Positions 29,073-32,000 of a DNA stretch of 32,000 nt are shown in pieces; the stretch's first letter is position 1, and the number at the start of each line of letters is the position of its first letter. Source of the stretch: Haloferax volcanii DS2 (GTDB lineage Archaea; Halobacteriota; Halobacteria; Halobacteriales; Haloferacaceae); the NCBI RefSeq assembly GCF_000025685.1, contig NC_013964.1:90001-122000 (forward strand), in the 5' to 3' direction. Made by a program: the position numbers and the translations under genes. The notes beneath the pieces were generated by a model, which was not told the DNA's origin, made no database searches, and was given only the letters and a program-made list of their open reading frames with translations.

Positions 29073-30539
29073 ATGACTGATAGTGGTTCACAGAACCGGC
29101 TCAGTAGGCGGCGGTACGTGACCGGACTCGGAGCAGGTCTCACAGCGGCACTAGCGGGTTGTATGGGTGGCGGGAACGGCGGTGGCAGTGGTTCCGATGG
29201 CGGTTCCGACGGGGGAGGCTCCGGCGGCGGTGGCGGCGACTCCGGGTCGCAGTCACTCGACTTCTGGCTGTTCGGCGGCATCCCCGCCGAACGAGAGTAC
29301 ATCAGTAACCACTACAGCAGTTACAGCGACCACGACGTCACCTACCAGCACCAAGAGTGGGGGCAGAAGTACCAGATTATCGCGTCCGCGGCGGCGAACA
29401 ACAACCTCCCGGACGTGATGGCCGGCCAGACTCAGCAGATTCCGGATTACGTCGGCGCGAGCGCCATCCAACCGCTCGACCAAGAGCAGTTCGCCGACCA
29501 GTTGGAGGAGATAAACAGCCGGTTCATCCAGGCGAACGTCGACACGCAGATTTACGACAGCCTCGGCGACACCGAAGGAGAGCGGCAGTGGGGGCTTCCC
29601 GGCGGCTACGCCGACCTCGGTCCGTTCGTGGACATCCGAACCGACTACCTCGAACAGACGAGTTTCGACAGCCCGCCGCGCAACTGGGAGGAGCTCATCC
29701 AACTCGGCGAGGAGATGCAGGAGCTCGACGAGGTGTCGGCGGCGATTACCGCGCCGGGGACCGACTTCGGCCTGACGACCGGCTACTTCATCGGCTTCGT
29801 CTACGCCAACGGCGGTCGGTACTTCGACCCCGAGACGCTGGAGGCGACGGTCGACCAACCCGGCTTCGTCGACGCCGTCAGGCTCTATCAGGACATCGCC
29901 GAGGCCGGTCTGTTCCCCGACTCGATGGCCGAGAACGACCACATCGGTGCGGGACGGCTCCTCCGCGAGGGCGAGTCCGGCATCTTCATCACGTACTCCC
30001 ACGCGAACGCGGTCTACCAGACGACCGGCGCGCCGCAGGCGTGGCTCGACGGCGAGGGCCACACCGTCACCCGCGCGCCGCTTCCGGACAGCCCGTCGGG
30101 GAGCTTCGAACCCCGCGACCTGCTCCTGCAGAACGCGCAGGGCTTCATGCTCGGCAACGGCACCGACTCGGAGGCCGAACTGCAGGCCGCCTTCGACTTC
30201 ACCGAGTGGTGGAACTCCGAAGAACAGCTCGCGCCGTGGACCTACGACGCCGAGAACGACGTGGGCATCCGCGGGCGCGTCCCGACGCTCGAAAGCGCCT
30301 TCGAGGACCCGAGCGACCTCTTCCGGAGCCAGTTCGGCGACCTCGTGACGCTGTACGAGAACGACGACCTGTTCACGCGCACCTCGCGGTTCCCGTCGTT
30401 CTCGGGCATCGCGTCGGTCCAGAGCATCATCAACACCGAGGTCATCCAGCCGGTCGTCCTCGGCAACGCGACGGCAGAGGAGGCCTGTAGCGCCGCCAAC
30501 GAATCGGTTCAGGAAGTCATCGACGAGGAGCTGGCCTGA
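29073..30539 (+). CDS. Extracellular solute-binding lipoprotein, SBP family 1 (CUT1 sugar ABC transporter), Tat-exported
   Basis: 488 aa with SRRRYV twin-arginine motif, lipobox LAGC, and a long Gly/Ser/Asp linker (GGGNGGGSGSDGGSDGGGSGGGGGDSGS). The mature domain is of the sugar-SBP type. Confidence 0.9.
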   Translation: MTDSGSQNRLSRRRYVTGLGAGLTAALAGCMGGGNGGGSGSDGGSDGGGSGGGGGDSGSQSLDFWLFGGIPAEREYISNHYSSYSDHDVTYQHQEWGQKYQIIASAAANNNLPDVMAGQTQQIPDYVGASAIQPLDQEQFADQLEEINSRFIQANVDTQIYDSLGDTEGERQWGLPGGYADLGPFVDIRTDYLEQTSFDSPPRNWEELIQLGEEMQELDEVSAAITAPGTDFGLTTGYFIGFVYANGGRYFDPETLEATVDQPGFVDAVRLYQDIAEAGLFPDSMAENDHIGAGRLLREGESGIFITYSHANAVYQTTGAPQAWLDGEGHTVTRAPLPDSPSGSFEPRDLLLQNAQGFMLGNGTDSEAELQAAFDFTEWWNSEEQLAPWTYDAENDVGIRGRVPTLESAFEDPSDLFRSQFGDLVTLYENDDLFTRTSRFPSFSGIASVQSIINTEVIQPVVLGNATAEEACSAANESVQEVIDEELA

Positions 30540-30597
30540 CGATGCGACTCGAACCGTCGCTCGAACGACGGCGGCCCAACGGCGGTGAGTTACGACC

Positions 30598-31524
30598 ATG
30601 AGTTACTCGAAGCAGGCGAGGGGCTCGTTCGAGAGCGTCTCCAAGCGGATTCCGGAGGGCGTCAAGGTGTACCTCCCGGTCCTGCCGGTGACGGCGCTCG
30701 TCGGGCTGTTCATCCTCTACCCCATCGCGCAGGCGATCTATTCGAGCTTCTTCAACAAGGACCTGCTCGCGCCCAGCGAGGCCGAGTTTATCGGACTGGC
30801 GAACTACGCCGAAATCTGGTCGAATCCGACTATCCATCAGGTGCTGTGGAACACGCTCATCTGGGTCGTCGTCGGCAGTTCCGCCGCTATCGTCCTCGGC
30901 TTCCTGATGGGTTGGCTCCTCCACGAGAAACTGCCGTACACGAGCGTCGCGAGCGCAATCGTGCTCATCCCGTGGGTCCTCCCGCGGGTCGTCGGCGCGT
31001 CCATCTGGCAGTTCATGTTCGGCGGGTCGCAGGGCATCATCAACGAACTGCTCGTCCAGCTCGGCGTCATCGACGAGTACATCGTCATGCTCGGCTCGAC
31101 GGAGCTCTCGCTGTGGCCGCCCATCATCGGGATGATTTGGCGGCTCGCACCGCTTTTCGCGCTGTTGACGCTCACGTCCCTGCAGGGCATCGACGAGCAT
31201 CTCTACGAGGCCGCGCGCATGGACGGCGCGACGCCGTGGGAGCAGTTCCGGTTCATCACCATCCCGATGATGCGGTACAACCTCGCCATCGGGTTCCTCC
31301 TGATGCTCATCTACAACATCAGGAACTTCTCGATGATTTGGGTGATGACGAAGGGCGGCCCCGGCGTCTCCAGTAGCACGCTCCCGGTCATGATCTACCG
31401 GACGGCGTTCGTCGACTTCGACGTGGGGCTGGCGTCGGCGCTGTCGCTCATCCTGTTCGTCGTCCTGCTCGTGTTCTCGTACTACTACATTCAGGTGTAC
31501 GACCAAGTGCGGGGTGACGTCTGA
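30598..31524 (+). CDS. Carbohydrate ABC transporter permease (MalF/UgpA-like)
   Basis: 308 aa with six hydrophobic spans and the EAA loop region LQGIDEHLYEAARMDGATPWEQFRFITIPMM. Confidence 0.9.
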   Translation: MSYSKQARGSFESVSKRIPEGVKVYLPVLPVTALVGLFILYPIAQAIYSSFFNKDLLAPSEAEFIGLANYAEIWSNPTIHQVLWNTLIWVVVGSSAAIVLGFLMGWLLHEKLPYTSVASAIVLIPWVLPRVVGASIWQFMFGGSQGIINELLVQLGVIDEYIVMLGSTELSLWPPIIGMIWRLAPLFALLTLTSLQGIDEHLYEAARMDGATPWEQFRFITIPMMRYNLAIGFLLMLIYNIRNFSMIWVMTKGGPGVSSSTLPVMIYRTAFVDFDVGLASALSLILFVVLLVFSYYYIQVYDQVRGDV

Positions 31525-32000
31525 TGGCGGCGAAAGACCCCGACACGGCCGCCGAGTTCCGGCGGAACGAGTCGTGGCTGTTCGACACCACGGCGGGCGC
31601 GTACGTCCGCAAGACGGCGGTTTCGCTCCTGACGCTCGTCGTCTTCGCGTTCGTCCTCTTCCCGCTGTACTGGATGGTCGTGACGGCGTTCAAGACCACC
31701 GCGGAGATTCAGCAGATTCCGCCGACGGTGTTCCCGAACGATTTCTCGTTGGAGGGCTTCCGGCTCGTCGTCGAGTCGTCGATTCAGGCGGGCGGCTACA
31801 CCTCGCTTTTCGCTAACCTGTTCGGCTGGCAGGCGTCGTCGGCCATCGACATCGACATCCTGTCGCTCGTGCTGAACAGCCTGAAAGTCGCGATCGGCGC
31901 GGGCGCAATCGCGCTCGTCTTCGGGACGGCCGCGTCGTACGTGCTCTCGCGCCGCGACTTCGCCGGGAAGAACGCGCTCATGAGCATCTTCCTCGCGTCG
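31524..32000 (+). CDS. Carbohydrate ABC transporter permease (MalG/UgpE-like), 3' end beyond window edge
   Basis: Not in the ORF track because it is open-ended. ATG 31524 overlaps the preceding stop (cTGATGg). My translation is MAAKDPDTAAEFRRNESWLFDTTAGAYVRKTAVSLLTLVVFAFVLFPLYWMVVTAFKTTAEIQQIPPTVFPNDFSLEGF..., a typical MalG-type N-terminus. The frame is open to nt 32000. Confidence 0.85.
   Translation, partial: MAAKDPDTAAEFRRNESWLFDTTAGAYVRKTAVSLLTLVVFAFVLFPLYWMVVTAFKTTAEIQQIPPTVFPNDFSLEGFRLVVESSIQAGGYTSLFANLFGWQASSAIDIDILSLVLNSLKVAIGAGAIALVFGTAASYVLSRRDFAGKNALMSIFLAS

Noticed and set aside
1631-31506. Many other long shadow ORFs (e.g. 1631-2722+, 5846-7276+, 7225-8514-, 10491-11654+, 12239-13837+, 15197-16189+, 17690-18502+, 18668-19678-, 20268-21425-, 21464-22447-, 22450-23802-, 26008-27087-, 27337-28860+, 29253-30599-, 30517-31506-)
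   Set aside because: Each lies antisense to or out of frame with an ORF that carries unmistakable family motifs. Their translations are Arg/Asp/Gly/Val/His-rich low-complexity strings with no recognisable domains.

Overview
High-GC window (by eye about two-thirds G+C) that looks like a haloarchaeal replicon. The predicted proteins are strongly acidic. Three solute-binding proteins carry twin-arginine plus lipobox leaders (SRRxF/L/Y ... LAGC) followed by Gly/Ser/Asp-rich linkers. AT-rich TATA-like boxes sit about 25-38 nt upstream of most start codons, implying leaderless or very short-leader mRNAs. I support 29 protein-coding genes, two of them cut by the window edges. I found no rRNA, tRNA, CRISPR array, transposase or integrase. 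The window is a carbohydrate-catabolic island with four parts. (i) Three ABC importers: two Dpp/Opp-type and one CUT1 sugar-type. (ii) Glycan-processing enzymes without signal peptides: GH28, a GH88/GH105 unsaturated uronyl hydrolase, a Cys-type (CxPxR) sulfatase, an SGNH esterase and L-rhamnose mutarotase. (iii) Candidates for every step of an oxidative uronate -> 2-oxoglutarate route: a uronate-dehydrogenase-like SDR, an SMP-30 lactonase, an amidohydrolase-2 lactonase/isomerase, an enolase-superfamily enzyme, a KdgD-like DHDPS-family enzyme and a 2-oxoglutarate-semialdehyde-type aldehyde dehydrogenase. (iv) An IclR-family regulator whose promoter carries a TTCCC-N5-GGGAA dyad that recurs almost identically upstream of the esterase gene. 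My main hypothesis is an archaeal PUL-like system. It would import and degrade, in the cytoplasm, oligosaccharides from a sulfated, esterified rhamnose/uronic-acid glycan, and feed the uronates into a non-phosphorylative pathway. Three unusually long, lower-GC non-coding spacers (about 3371-4092, 19634-20276, 27157-27696) remain unexplained. Most other long ORFs in the six-frame track are antisense or out-of-frame artefacts of the GC content. All family calls are by-eye motif recognition; no database search was possible.
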